From the NCBI RefSeq assembly GCF_009914755.1, contig NC_060926.1: a DNA stretch of 64,000 bases. The stretch is one strand, 5' to 3'. A program made the position numbers and the translations under genes. The notes under the pieces are model-generated. The model saw only the letters and a list, made by a program, of their open reading frames with translations, was not told the DNA's origin and searched no databases. This document shows positions 1-17,300 of the stretch, in pieces (position 1 is the first letter of the stretch; each line of letters starts with the position of its first letter). Origin of the DNA: the human T2T-CHM13v2.0 reference genome, Homo sapiens.

Positions 1-4345
<4,345 letters not shown>

Positions 4346-4914
4346 ATTAAGCCTGGACCAACACTGTGGTAGTCAGTAAAACAGTTTAATTAGCTGATGA
4401 CTACTCTTCAGTGCATGATCTTGGAACACTAAATAGGCTTTATGGATCCTTTAATAAGTTGTGCTTTATTTTTACTCCACTGTTTTCAAGATGATTTTGG
4501 ATTTTTAATACTTCACCTTCTTTTATAAGAGCTTCTGTGGATTAAATTAGTAAATCAACGTAAAAATAAATATCAACTACCCTGTACAATAATTATGTTC
4601 AGTATATAATAATGGGCAACACAATAGTTTGATCTTGGGTATTAGGTAGTTCAGAAGCTTTTGGCAATGCTTATAAATTCAGTCTTTTAGCTGAGTTCAA
4701 AAACATATAACCCTGAAAGACATCATCAGTGCTGCTCAAACTTCAACCCAAATGTGACCCTCTGCGTATTATAATAATACAAAAAGAACTAGAAAAAAAT
4801 TCATGCATCTGAATTAAATACTTAAGAATTAACCATAACTCCTTTAAGAAAACTTTCGTTGAGAAATGTGATGTTTTCAAACTTCTACCAAAATACTCAG
4901 TAGGCCATAGAGAA

Positions 4915-5090
4915 AGCAGCTAAGCATGAGAGCCAGATGGCCTGGGTCTGAATCTCACCTCTGTTCATTAGCTGTGAGACCTTCAGCAAGTTACTTAACC
5001 CCCCTGAGCCTTAGTTTCCACCTTGTCTAATGGTGATAATAGTAGTATCTGAGCCATAGGGGTATTGTGAGGATTCAGTGTAATGGACTG
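4915..5090 (+). mobile_element. MIR
   Basis: MIR core: gctgtgagaccttcagcaagttacttaacccccctgagccttagtttcc. Confidence 0.75.
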
Positions 5091-5729
5091 GGCAGCCCAG
5101 CAGTGGTACAGAGCAGCCCCACCATAGGTATCCATGCTGTTTCTTTGATTTGCTTTTACCCAATTTAGACATTCCTTTCCTCCATTGCCAAATACTTAAT
5201 TTGAGCCAAATTATTTATCCTTCCAGTATGGTGCTAAATTTATCTAACTATACTTTTAATTTTATGAGGGCAGGGGCTCAAACTCATATTTATTAGTGTC
5301 TTTTATGACATGTAATATAGTGAGCTGTATGGGAAAAAATTTTGTTAAAGCTTATATTATTAAGGAAACAATAAACTAAATAACTTAGCAGAAGGTTGTT
5401 AAATTTCCTTCTGTATTTGTTTTATTTATTTATTTTAAAAGCCTCTAGTGGGATAAAGCTTCTTTTGAGTATGTTAAGAATAAAGGGATTTTGAACAAAT
5501 GGTCAGAATAATGGTATGTTAGGCATCTGTGGCTGAAAAATAATATTTCTAAGATATCATATGTCCCAATGATTCTTTATTCCTTATATCTGTTGTTCTT
5601 AAATGTGTTTCTGCAATAAAACTGTTTAAGTATTAGAGACTGGAATAAGAGGTATCTTTAACAGGTTGGGTTCGAGTCCATACATTTTTAGTGGATTCCG
5701 GTAGCATAATTTTTGAAATTTCCCCCAGC

Positions 5730-7650
5730 AGCATTTGAGGGCCCTTTATGTGCTAGACACTGAGAGGCACTCAAGAAAGAATGGTGCAGACAAACAAGAT
5801 CACCACTCTTCTGGTATCTGTACTGTAGTGAGGGAGAGCGATAATAAAGAAAGAAATACATAAAATAATTACAGTCTGACTGATGCTTTGAAGTTAATAA
5901 GCAGAGTCGCAAGAGAGGATAATAAGGTGAAATGGGCGGCTCCAACAGATGGAAGTGGTGTTCCCAAGATCCCAAAGAGAAAAGAACATGAGCCGTTCTA
6001 GAAACTGTCAGGAGGTTAGCGTGACCTGAGCATAGTGGCACATGATGAGCTTGTACAGGTGGGCGGCGGCTAGAACACGCCTGGCCTCATTGTCACCATA
6101 AGGGGTCTGGATTTTATTCAAACCACAAAGGGAAAAAACTTATTTAGTTGCCTGGGTTTTCAATGGAGACCAAAGGCTGATATTATCTATCTTCATTTTT
6201 TAAAAAAGTTCTGTGGCTTCTATACAAATTAAGGGCAATAAGTGGGTAATGACAGTAGGGAGACAGGATAAAGGCTAGAGGAGAAGGCAAGATAACAATG
6301 GTGGTGGGGCCAGGTGCAGTGGCTCACGCCTGTAATCCCAGCACTTTGGGAGCCCAAGGTGAGTGGATTCCTTGAGCTCAGGAGACTGAGACCAGCCTGG
6401 ACAACACAGGGAGACCCTGTCTATACAAAAAAATGAAAAAATTAGCTGGGCAAGGTGGCGCACGCCTCTGGTCTCAGCTACTCAGGAGGCTGAGTGGGAG
6501 GATCACTTGGGCCCAGGAGGTCAAGGCTGCAGTAAGTCGAGATCATGCCACTACACTGTAGGTGGGGTCACAATGTGAGACCCTATCTCAAAAAAAAAAA
6601 AAAAAAAAATTGTGGTGGCAGTAGGACTGTAGGTGAGCAACAGCCCTTGATATGAACAGATGAGGGAGCAGAAGAACGAAGAGTTCCTGGGTTTCTGTCT
6701 GGATGGTGGTGCCATTTATTGAAATGACTCATTTTACATATTCAGGAGATACCAAAGTGTAGATTTCAGGTTGGCAATTGGATATGGAGGTCTGATCTTA
6801 GAGGAAAGATCTAGATTGAAGATTCAGAGATTTGCATTTGGAGGACATAAGCAAAGAGTTAATGTTTAAAGATAAAAAAGAATAAGGTCGGTCACTTGGA
6901 GTAGGATGCTATCAGAAAAGAGAAATAGTCCCAGGACTCAGTCCTTGGAAACTCTAATATTAGGGGAACCTAAACCAGCCAACCAGCATGAATATGGCCA
7001 ATGAGATAAGGAAAATCAGGAGAGGGAGATGTACTGGAAACAAAGAGAGAAGCATGTCTCTACAAATATGAAGATGGCAACTGGTAAAAATCACTAAGAG
7101 GTTAAGATGAAGACAGAAGAGAATTCATGGGATTTGTCAACATAGAAGTCATCACTAACTCTGAAAAGAACAGCATCAGTTGATTAGAGGGGATGAAAGG
7201 TAGATAACTAATAGGAAGTGAGAACCTGCAGACAGCATGTAAAGACAATTCTTTTGAGGAATTTTGCTATACTGGTGAGCGGAGATACAGGACAGCAGCT
7301 GAGGGGGATTGTAGAAAGACAATTGAAATGGCTGATTTAAGATGAGAGATTCTAGAGCATGTTGTAGGCTGACAAGAAGTATCTACTAGTAAGAGAGAAA
7401 TAATTTATTCCTGAAAGAGAGGGCACAATTAAAGGAGCAAAGCCCTTGAGAAGGAAAAAGAAAATGGGATCTGGATGCCTCAAGGGTGCAGATGTTGACA
7501 AATGTATTGAGTCGGTGGTGCTAAAAGCTCTCTTCAGATGGCTTTTTTTTTTCATGAAGGATAAGGTGAGATGTGGGAGCAGAAGGAAGGGCAAAGAGGG
7601 CATAAGTGGTTGTTTTGAGAGGAGGAAAGCAAATATCCCCGGGAATAGTA
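5730..7650 (-). mobile_element. Degraded L2 LINE, interrupted by an Alu
   Basis: L2 3'-end-like motif (tatgtgctagacactg) followed by purine-rich L2-like sequence; boundaries approximate. Confidence 0.55.
6308..6609 (+). mobile_element. Alu (AluJ-like)
   Basis: Dimeric Alu with poly(A); TSD-like gtggtgg on both sides. Confidence 0.9.
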
Positions 7651-8657
7651 GTGGGATTGCTTCATAGTGTTACAAACCATCTTGAGATTTGTGACCATCA
7701 ATTTAAAATAAAACTTCTTGGCACAGTAATGTGATTATCATACACTGTTGTGATTACATATCTACTTGTTAGTGTCTCCCACCACAGTATAAATTAGTTG
7801 AGGGACAAGATCCTAAATTGTTCCCTGTTGATATCTCCAGTGCCTGATAGAAGAGTGAGCCAGTGAATTCATCATTCAGTGATGAATAAGGAAGTTGTCT
7901 TCAACACACTAGTTAAAGCAGTACACATTAACAGGCACTTAGAGATTAATGTCATTTATATAAAGACAATTTTGATAAAATTCTGGAATCTGTAGCATTT
8001 AAAAAATAACTCTTGTTTAAAATCGTGGCCTTGTCCACTAAATTTGAAATAAAATATCAGGGTAGCCATAAAGTGTAGACAATCATCAAGAAAATAAAGA
8101 TTTCCTCACAATCTTTCAACCACAGAGCAAATGTTTCTATTAGCTATAAGTTTTGGAATGTTAAGCTATAGGTTTTGGAATGACAGGAAAGAATACATAT
8201 CTTAGGATTCTATGAAGGTATATGCTTCAAGGGACCAGGAAAAACCTTCTTTTCAATGCTGTACATGTCAAGTCCCCACAGCCAACATAAGATTATGGCT
8301 GATTATCCTATATGCTGTTAATTTGATGATTACCTTCTTAACATTTTAGGAATAACTTCTAACTTACAAAATTTTGCAAAAAGTACAAAGGACATATATT
8401 CTTTATCCAGATTCATCTACTGTTATCATTTTCTTCCCCTATTTGCTTGATCATTCCCCCTCACCCCTTCTCTTTCTCTCTCTTTCCACCTGGCTCACTC
8501 ATTTGCTCTCTGTATCTCAATAATTTTTTTCTCTGGCATTTAAGGTAAATTACATTCATGTTTATTACTTTTTTAACAGCTGAGGAAAGTATGCTAGAAT
8601 GTCATGTTTTTGTTCAGTGCCCAGATATGAGCCGACTCATTCTGTCCCTGCACTTAC

Positions 8658-8835
8658 CATCCTCAGGAGGATGCTTGTATTCTTTGTCTTCCATCACTTC
8701 ATAGTCAAACCCAAGAAGATCAATAGGAATTGTGTATTTCCTGGCGTAGTTCTGCTGGGCACCGGTCAGGAAGGCTTGTGTGAAGAAGAAGCCAGAAAGC
8801 CAGAAGACTGGAGGAGGACCAACCTCATACCATTG
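8658..8835 (-). CDS. DNAH7: DNAH7 coding exon (probably 63), 178 nt, [25 protein letters not shown]...HPPED(G)
   Basis: Acceptor ccctag|CAA, donor GATG|gtaagt (phase 1); [15 protein letters not shown] motif. Confidence 0.95.
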
Positions 8836-8880
8836 CTAGGGTGTAAAACACAAGTGGGCTAACAGTAGCACCTTTCAACC

Positions 8881-9131
8881 TTTTTTTCTTTTTTTTTGAG
8901 ACAGGATCTCTGGTTGCCCAGGCAGGGCTCAGGTGATCCTCTCACCTCAGCCTCCCAAGTAGCTGGGAATACAGGCACATACCACCATGCCTGGCTAATT
9001 TTTTTGTATTTTTAGTTGAGAAGGGGTTTTGCTATTTTGCCCAGGCTGGTCTTGAACTCCTAGACTCAAGCAGTATGCCTTCCTCAGCCTCCCAGAGTGC
9101 TGGGATTACAGGCATGAGCCACCACACCTAG
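8881..9131 (-). mobile_element. Alu (AluJ-like) with ~50-bp internal deletion in the right arm
   Basis: Poly(T) start; cctttcaac on both flanks; sequence jumps from ttgcccaggc to gggctcagg. Confidence 0.85.
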
Positions 9132-10453
9132 GGAGCCTTTCAACTTTTGAATACAACACTACTTAATAAAATGTATCCAAAGACATTTGTTGTCTTTTAG
9201 ATAAACTAACAAATAACCCCTGAGGAGTAACAAGCCATACTCTCAAGGTTTTAAAAACAGGTGGTATATTCGGTATTTGTCCTGACTTCAATTTCATACC
9301 TATCATATCAGCTTGGAAATTACAATGTGCATTAATGCAAACAAATGTCTGTTTTATACATGCCCCATGATTCTTTCAGAAACGCTCCCTACAATAGTGA
9401 ATATCTAATACGCATTGCTACACAATATATCATGTTACATAGTTGAACAGAAGAAGAGATCCCCATAAAGTCTGGTCAGATGGTTATGTTTTTCACTTTT
9501 CTTCTCTCTCTAATTAGTCATTAGTACCCAATAGAATGTTGCTTTGGAAGTTTTTCTTCCTACTTCACTAAAACACAGTAAAATTCAACATATAGGAACA
9601 CAATATTGTACAAGGAATTCCTGGAAGAAGCAGGGTAGTGAGACCTTAAGGCCTTTAGAAATATCAAGATACTTTAGTTCTCTGTTCATAACATAGATTC
9701 TAATGGTGAGTCAGTTGAATACCAACTTTAACTAGATAGTAAATTAGAGAAGCCAATCTGAAGAAATGAGTTTGAAAAGCTTTTCCCTAAAAGAGCCCAA
9801 GGTATAACTTTATCCTTCAAAAACAATCTTAGTTCCTTAGTATTGACTGTAGCATAACAAAAGGCCTGAATTATGAAAAGGGAATTTAACCATTTTTATC
9901 CCTGCAGAAATTTCTTCATAGGCAGCTTTTGACACATTATATACAGAATCTAGGAAATTAATCAATATTTCTAATAGGTAGAGTTGTTAATAAGAACATA
10001 GTTAAGCACCAATATTACCAGACAATTAGTAGATAGGCTTCTGCCCACTCAACATTTCCAAGACAATTAGCCATTGAGGTCATTACTGACTTGGGCTGAA
10101 CCAGCAATCTAGTGATTCCATGACCTAGAAAAGTTCTGGGCAATGAAGCTATAATACCCCTCACTGGAAGCTTGACTGGCTTTCGAAAATGTTTTGCTGT
10201 AGGTATCTATTTTAATGTTAAATACCTAGTGGAAAAACCAACATAGCTAGATGTTTTCTGCCTTCATTTAGTGCTAGCTTTTTGACAGTTCAGTGTAGCA
10301 GTTACATACATTATATGAAATATTAAGTAGTGGTGATTTGTGCCTGGGATGCACAGAAAAACTAGAGAGTAATACTCATTACATTAAGCATTCTGACGAA
10401 GAAAATGAAACCAGGAGAAACTTAACAATATACGATCATTTAGACGAACTTAC

Positions 10454-10606
10454 CTGCAAGAATTTTAGTCTTGCAAGGAAGTCATTCACATAGCTGCCAA
10501 GTGGTTTAAGGCTTGGGTAGGATTTACCCATCCACATTTCTGGAATTTTGACATTCAAAATGCTGCTAACCACTTCTTCAAGATCTGTAGACATGACTGC
10601 AAGCCC
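10454..10606 (-). CDS. DNAH7: DNAH7 coding exon (probably 62), 153 nt, [12 protein letters not shown]...[23 protein letters not shown]
   Basis: Acceptor tttcag|GGG, donor CAG|gtaagt; YPSLKPL motif; missed by the ORF track. Confidence 0.95.
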
Positions 10607-10834
10607 CTGAAACACATTTAACCTTGGTTAATATAATAGTATAGATTATGATAGATTATAAGCAACCACCTTTTAAATACCTCCTTCATGATTATCCTTT
10701 GTTTACATTGTGATTAGTTAAGGTTGAGTCATACAGGAAAAAAAAAAAGTGAAGATATTTGTTTTTCCTTACAAGTAGGCCAGGGAGTCTTTGAATTATT
10801 CCTTAGAAAAATATTAACAATTTTAATCTAACCA

Positions 10835-11452
<618 letters not shown>

Positions 11453-13961
11453 GCTAACCAAGTTTTAATAGAAAAATCTTAATCAATACTTGGCTACTCG
11501 CTACCTATTAAATCACAGACTAACTTTGACTTAGTTTACTGTCTATTAAGTGAATAAGTAATACAGTTCTATACTGCATTCTGAAAAGGATGGTGATAAA
11601 TATAAAATTAGAAAAATTACATAAAATGCTTTGAAAAGTTAAAATGTCCTGGAATTGAATTATGAAGTCTAGTTGACCATTTCCCATTTTGAATGACTGA
11701 TGTACGGATGTTAAAACTTTGAAGGCCCTGATAATTCCTGCTTATTTGACTTTTAACTGGGCCAGTTGCTATTATTCATTTCTGTCTTTTCTATAGTTGA
11801 AAATATTATTCCAACTAACATAGGGAAAAGATTTGGGAGTAAATTTGATGTACTAAATACACACATTTCATTTGCCATCTTCTCAAAACCCCGCTAAAAC
11901 AGCAGTAAAGGAATTTACTTTTTAAAGACATAAGCCCCCAAGTGTAGAAACAAAGAGGGGAAGGGAAAATGACAACACAATTGTGGGAGCTAGAAAGCAT
12001 ATGGACTGCTGGTAGTAGATTTAGCATACAGAAGAAACCTGATCCTGAATTGGCAGGGGGAAAAGCTAAGAATCAACCAGACATACACTGCACAATACCC
12101 CTAAATCTTGGGAATGAATGTCATACATACTTCTGAAAGTGGGGCGAGGAGGGCAGTGTTAAAGATCATTAAAACTTGGTTTAAAAAACAGATCTTCCTC
12201 CCCCGCCCCAAAAACTATGCATTGCCTACCTTGAATATAATCTGGAGAGGAAAATGCAGAAATCCCTAGAGTGGGAAATGGCAGGCCCCGTTAGGGCCAA
12301 AGTTACCATACTGAAATCAGGGGGATTAAGTGAATGCATGAATACTGGATGCTGAGATTCCCTGGAGCTTCTTTTCCCTTTTAGTTCCCAGAATACTAGA
12401 GCCAGCCCTTTATCTTCCAGGAAGGACACAAGAAGAAGCAGGTCAAGAAGAAATACATAATCATGCTGAATGTTTCTTAAACAGCCTAGCCAGGTAACAC
12501 TACATTGAAGACCACAGTCAACAATCACCGGTATTCTTATTGTGTTCATTCAACATGATAATGCCGCATTCTTAAACATAAGTAGACAACCCCAAATTAT
12601 CAGATACCAGAAAAGGCTTCTAACATGTAAAGTTTTTCACTTATGCATTCAACTTCTAAACACAAAAAAGATTATTCTGATTTTTTGTTTCTTCTTGTAT
12701 CTGTTTGGTAACATATGTTTTCCCAAGAATTTGTCTATTTCATTTACATTTTAAAATGTATTTACATTTTAAATGTATTGGCATAGGTTTGAGAAGGGAG
12801 GCAGAGCAAGATGGCCAATAGAAGCCTCCACAAATCGTCCTCCCTGCAGGAACACCAAATTTAACAACTATCTACACAAAAAAGCAACTTCATAAGAACC
12901 AAAAATCAGGTGAATGACCACAGTACCCAGTTTTAACTTTAATCACTGAAAGAGGCACTGAAGAGGGCAGGAAAGACAGTCTTGAATTGCTGATGCCAAC
13001 CCTCCTCCATCACCCGGCAGTGGCAGTGTGGCACTGAGAATCTGTCGCTTGTAGGAGGGAGAGCACAATGATTGAGACTGTACTGGAACTCAGTGCTTTC
13101 CTGTCACAGAAGACAGCAACACCAGGAAGAGCTCAGCTGATGCCTGTGAAAGAAGCATTTAGACCAACCCTAACTACAGGGGAAGCACACATCCCAGCAG
13201 TTGGAACAGGAGTTTCAGCAAGCCTTGCCACCACCAGCTAAAGTGCTCTGGGGTTCTAAATAAATTTGAAAGGCAGTCTAGGCCACAGGAACGACAATTC
13301 CTAGGCAAGGCCTAGTCCTGTGCTAGACTTGGAGCTAGTGGCTTGCGGGGGGCATGCCATCTAGTGAGACACCTGCCAGGGTGGTTAATAGAGGGCTTGC
13401 ACCACCCCTCCCCCAATCCCAGGCAGCATAGCTTGCAGCTCCAGGAGAGACTACTTCCTTACTGCTTGAGGAGAGGAGAGGGAAGAGTAAAGAGGACTTT
13501 GTCTTGCAACTTGGGGGCCAGTTCAGCCACAGTAGGATGGGGCACCGGGAACAGTCCTGGGGTCCACATTCTAAGCCCTGGCTCCTGGACAATATTTCTA
13601 GACACATATTTGGTCATAAAGGAACCTGCACTCTTGAAGGGAAGTGCCCACTCCTGGTGGGATTCATCACCTGCTGACTAAGGAGCTCTTGGCCCTGAAT
13701 AATAAGCAGCAGTAGCCAGGTAGTACACACCATGGGCCTTGAGTGAGACTCAGTGCCATGCAGGCTTCAGGTGTGACCCTGCACGTTTCCACCTTGGTGG
13801 CTACCAGGAGAGATTCCTTTTTGAGGAAAGCACAGGGAAGAGTAAAGGGGGCTTTGACTTGCAGCTTAGGTACCAGCTTGACTGCTACAGTGGGGTATGC
13901 ACCAAGAGGTCTCCTAGGGTCCCCAATTCCAGGCCTTGGCTCCTGGATGGCATTTCTGGAA

Positions 13962-14375
<414 letters not shown>

Positions 14376-17300
14376 GCAACATTCACCACAAGGTGGCTAA
14401 AGACCCCTTGGGCCTTGAGTAAGATCAGCAGTAGCCCGGCAGTACTCCCTGTGAACCTGTGATGATGGCAGCTACAGGGAGAGGCTCCTCTGCCTGTGGA
14501 AAGGGGAAAGAAGATAACACAACTGTGTTTGAGAATAGCTTTGTCTTGTAGTTTGGGTGCCAGCTCAGCAGCAGTAGAACAGAGCACCAGGTGAATTCTT
14601 AAGGTTTCAGGCTGTAGGCTCTGACTCCCAGGCAGCATCTCTGGACTCATCCAGGGCCCAGGGAAACTGACTGCTGTGAAGGGAAGGACATAAGCCTGGT
14701 TGGCTTTGCCACCTGCTGACTGTAGAGCCCCAGGGCCTTGAGCAAACATAGACAGTAGCCAGGGAGTGGGTACAACAGGCCTTGGATGAGACCCAGTGCT
14801 GTGCTGGTTTCAGGTCTGACCCAGCACAGTCTCAATGTTGGTGGCCATATGGGTGTTTTTGTCACCCCTCCTCCAGCTTCAAGCAGCTCAGCAGAGAGAG
14901 AGAGAGTCCATGTGTTTATGAGAAACAAAGGGAAGAGAACAAGACTCTTTCCCTTGTAATTTAGAGAAGTCTTCTGAACCTTATCCAAGACCACCAAGGC
15001 AGTATCTCTATGAGTCTGAAAGAGCTACAGTGTTACTGGGCTTCTAAGTGCCCCCTAAAGCAGATACAGCTGCAGTGACCAAAAACTTAGATCACAACAT
15101 CCAAGTCCCTTCAAATATCTGGAAAGCCTTCCCAAGAAGCATGGGTACAAACAAGCCCAGACTGCAAAGACTACAGTAAAAACTTATCAGTGCCCACATA
15201 CTGACAAACATCCACAAGCATCAAGACCATCTAGGATACTGAATAGTGTCTGGGTAGCAAAAAATAAAATAAAAAATAAGACCATTCATAAAACATGACC
15301 TTACCAAATAAACTAAGGCACCAGTGACTAATCCTGGAGATACAGATATGTGACCTTGCAGACAGAGAATTCAAATAAGTGTTTTGAGGAAATGCAAAAA
15401 AAGATTCCAAATAACACCGAGAAGGAATCCAGAATCCTATGAGATAAATTCAACAAAGAGATTGAGATTTTTTTAAAAGAATCAAGCAGAAATTCTGGAG
15501 CTAAAAAATGCAATTAATATGCTGAATAATGCATCAGAGTCTCTTAACAGCAGAACTAATCAAGCAGAAGAAACTAGTTAGCTAGAAGACAGGCTATTTG
15601 AAAATACACAGTAAGATGAGATAAAAGAAAAAACAAGAAAGCACACCTACAAGATCTAGAAAATAGCCTTAAAAGGGCAAATCTAACACTTATTGGCCTT
15701 AAAGAAGAGGTAGAGAGAGATATATATGGGAAGAAAGTTTATTCAAGCAGTAGTAACAAAGGACTTCCTAAACCTAGAGAATGATATCAATATTCAAGTA
15801 CAAGAAGGTTATAGAACACCAAGCAGATTTAAGCCAAAAAAGACTCAAGGCATTTAACAATCAAACTCCCAAAGGTAGTAAAATAAAGAAAGGATCCTAA
15901 AAACAGTAAGATAAAAGAAACAACACACAATGGAGTTCCAATATGTCTGGCAGCAGACTTTTCATTGGAAACCTTACAGGCCATGAGAAAGTGGCATGGC
16001 ATATTTAAAGTGCTGAAGGAACAAAACTTTTACCCTAGAATAGTATATCTGGTGAAAATATCCTTCAAATATAAAGGAGAAATAAAGAGACTTTCCCAAA
16101 CAACAAAAGCTGAGGGATTTCATCCACACCAGACTTGTTCTATAAGAAATACTAAAGGGTATTCTACAACCTGAAAGAAAAGGATGTAAATGAGCAATAA
16201 GAAATTATCTGAAGGTATAAAACTCAGGGTAATACTAAGTTCACAGAAAAACAGAATATTATAACACTATAAGTGTGTTGTGTATACTACTCATATCTTG
16301 AGGAGAAAGACTAAAAGATGAACAAATAAAAAATAATAACTACAACAACTTTTCAAGACAGAGACAGTATAATAGGATATAAATAGGAAAAACAAAAAGT
16401 TAAAAAGCAGGAGGGATGAAGGTAAAGTGTAGAGTTTTTATTAGGTTTCTCTTTGCTTGTTTCTTTGTTTATGCAATCGGTTTTAAATTGTCATCAGTTT
16501 AAAATAATGGGTTACAAGATATTATTTGCAAGCCTCATGGTAACCTCAAATCAAAAAACATATAATAAATACACAAAAAGTAAAAAGCAAGAAGTTAAAA
16601 CATACTACCAGAGAAAAATCACCTTCATTAAGAGGAGAGGAAGGAAAGGAGGAGAAAACCAGAAAATAACAAAATGGCGGGAGTAAGTACTTACTTATCA
16701 ATAATAATGTTGAATGTAAATGGACTAAACTTTTCAATCAAAACACATACAGTGGCTGAATGAATTTTTTTAAAAAACAAGACTCAATGATCTGTTGCCC
16801 AGAAGAAACACACTTCACCTATAAAGATACATATAGACTGAAAATAAAAGGATAAAGATATTCCATGCCAATACAAACCATAAAAGAGCAGGAGTAGCTA
16901 TACTTATATCAGACAAAATAGATTTCAAAACAAAAACTACAAAAAGAGACCAAGAAGGCCATTATATAATGATAAAGTGGTCAATTCAGCAAGAGGATAT
17001 AACAATTTTAAATACATATGCACCCAACACTGGAAAACCAAGATATATAAAGCAACTATTACAGCCAAAGAGAGACACAGACACCAATAAAAATAGTAGC
17101 TGGAGACTTCAACACCCTACTTTCAGCATCAGACAGACCATCCAGACAGAAAATCAACAAAGAAACATCAGACTTAAACTGCACCGCAGACCAAATGGTC
17201 CTAATAGATACTTACAGAACGTCTCATCCAGTGGCTGCAGAATACATGGTTAACTCAGCACGTGGATCGTTCACATGTTAGGCCACAAAAAAAGTTTCAA

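Noticed and set aside
8142-8182. 22-bp tandem duplication (a similar 19-bp one lies near 56478-56517)
   Set aside because: Ordinary slippage duplication with no sign of function
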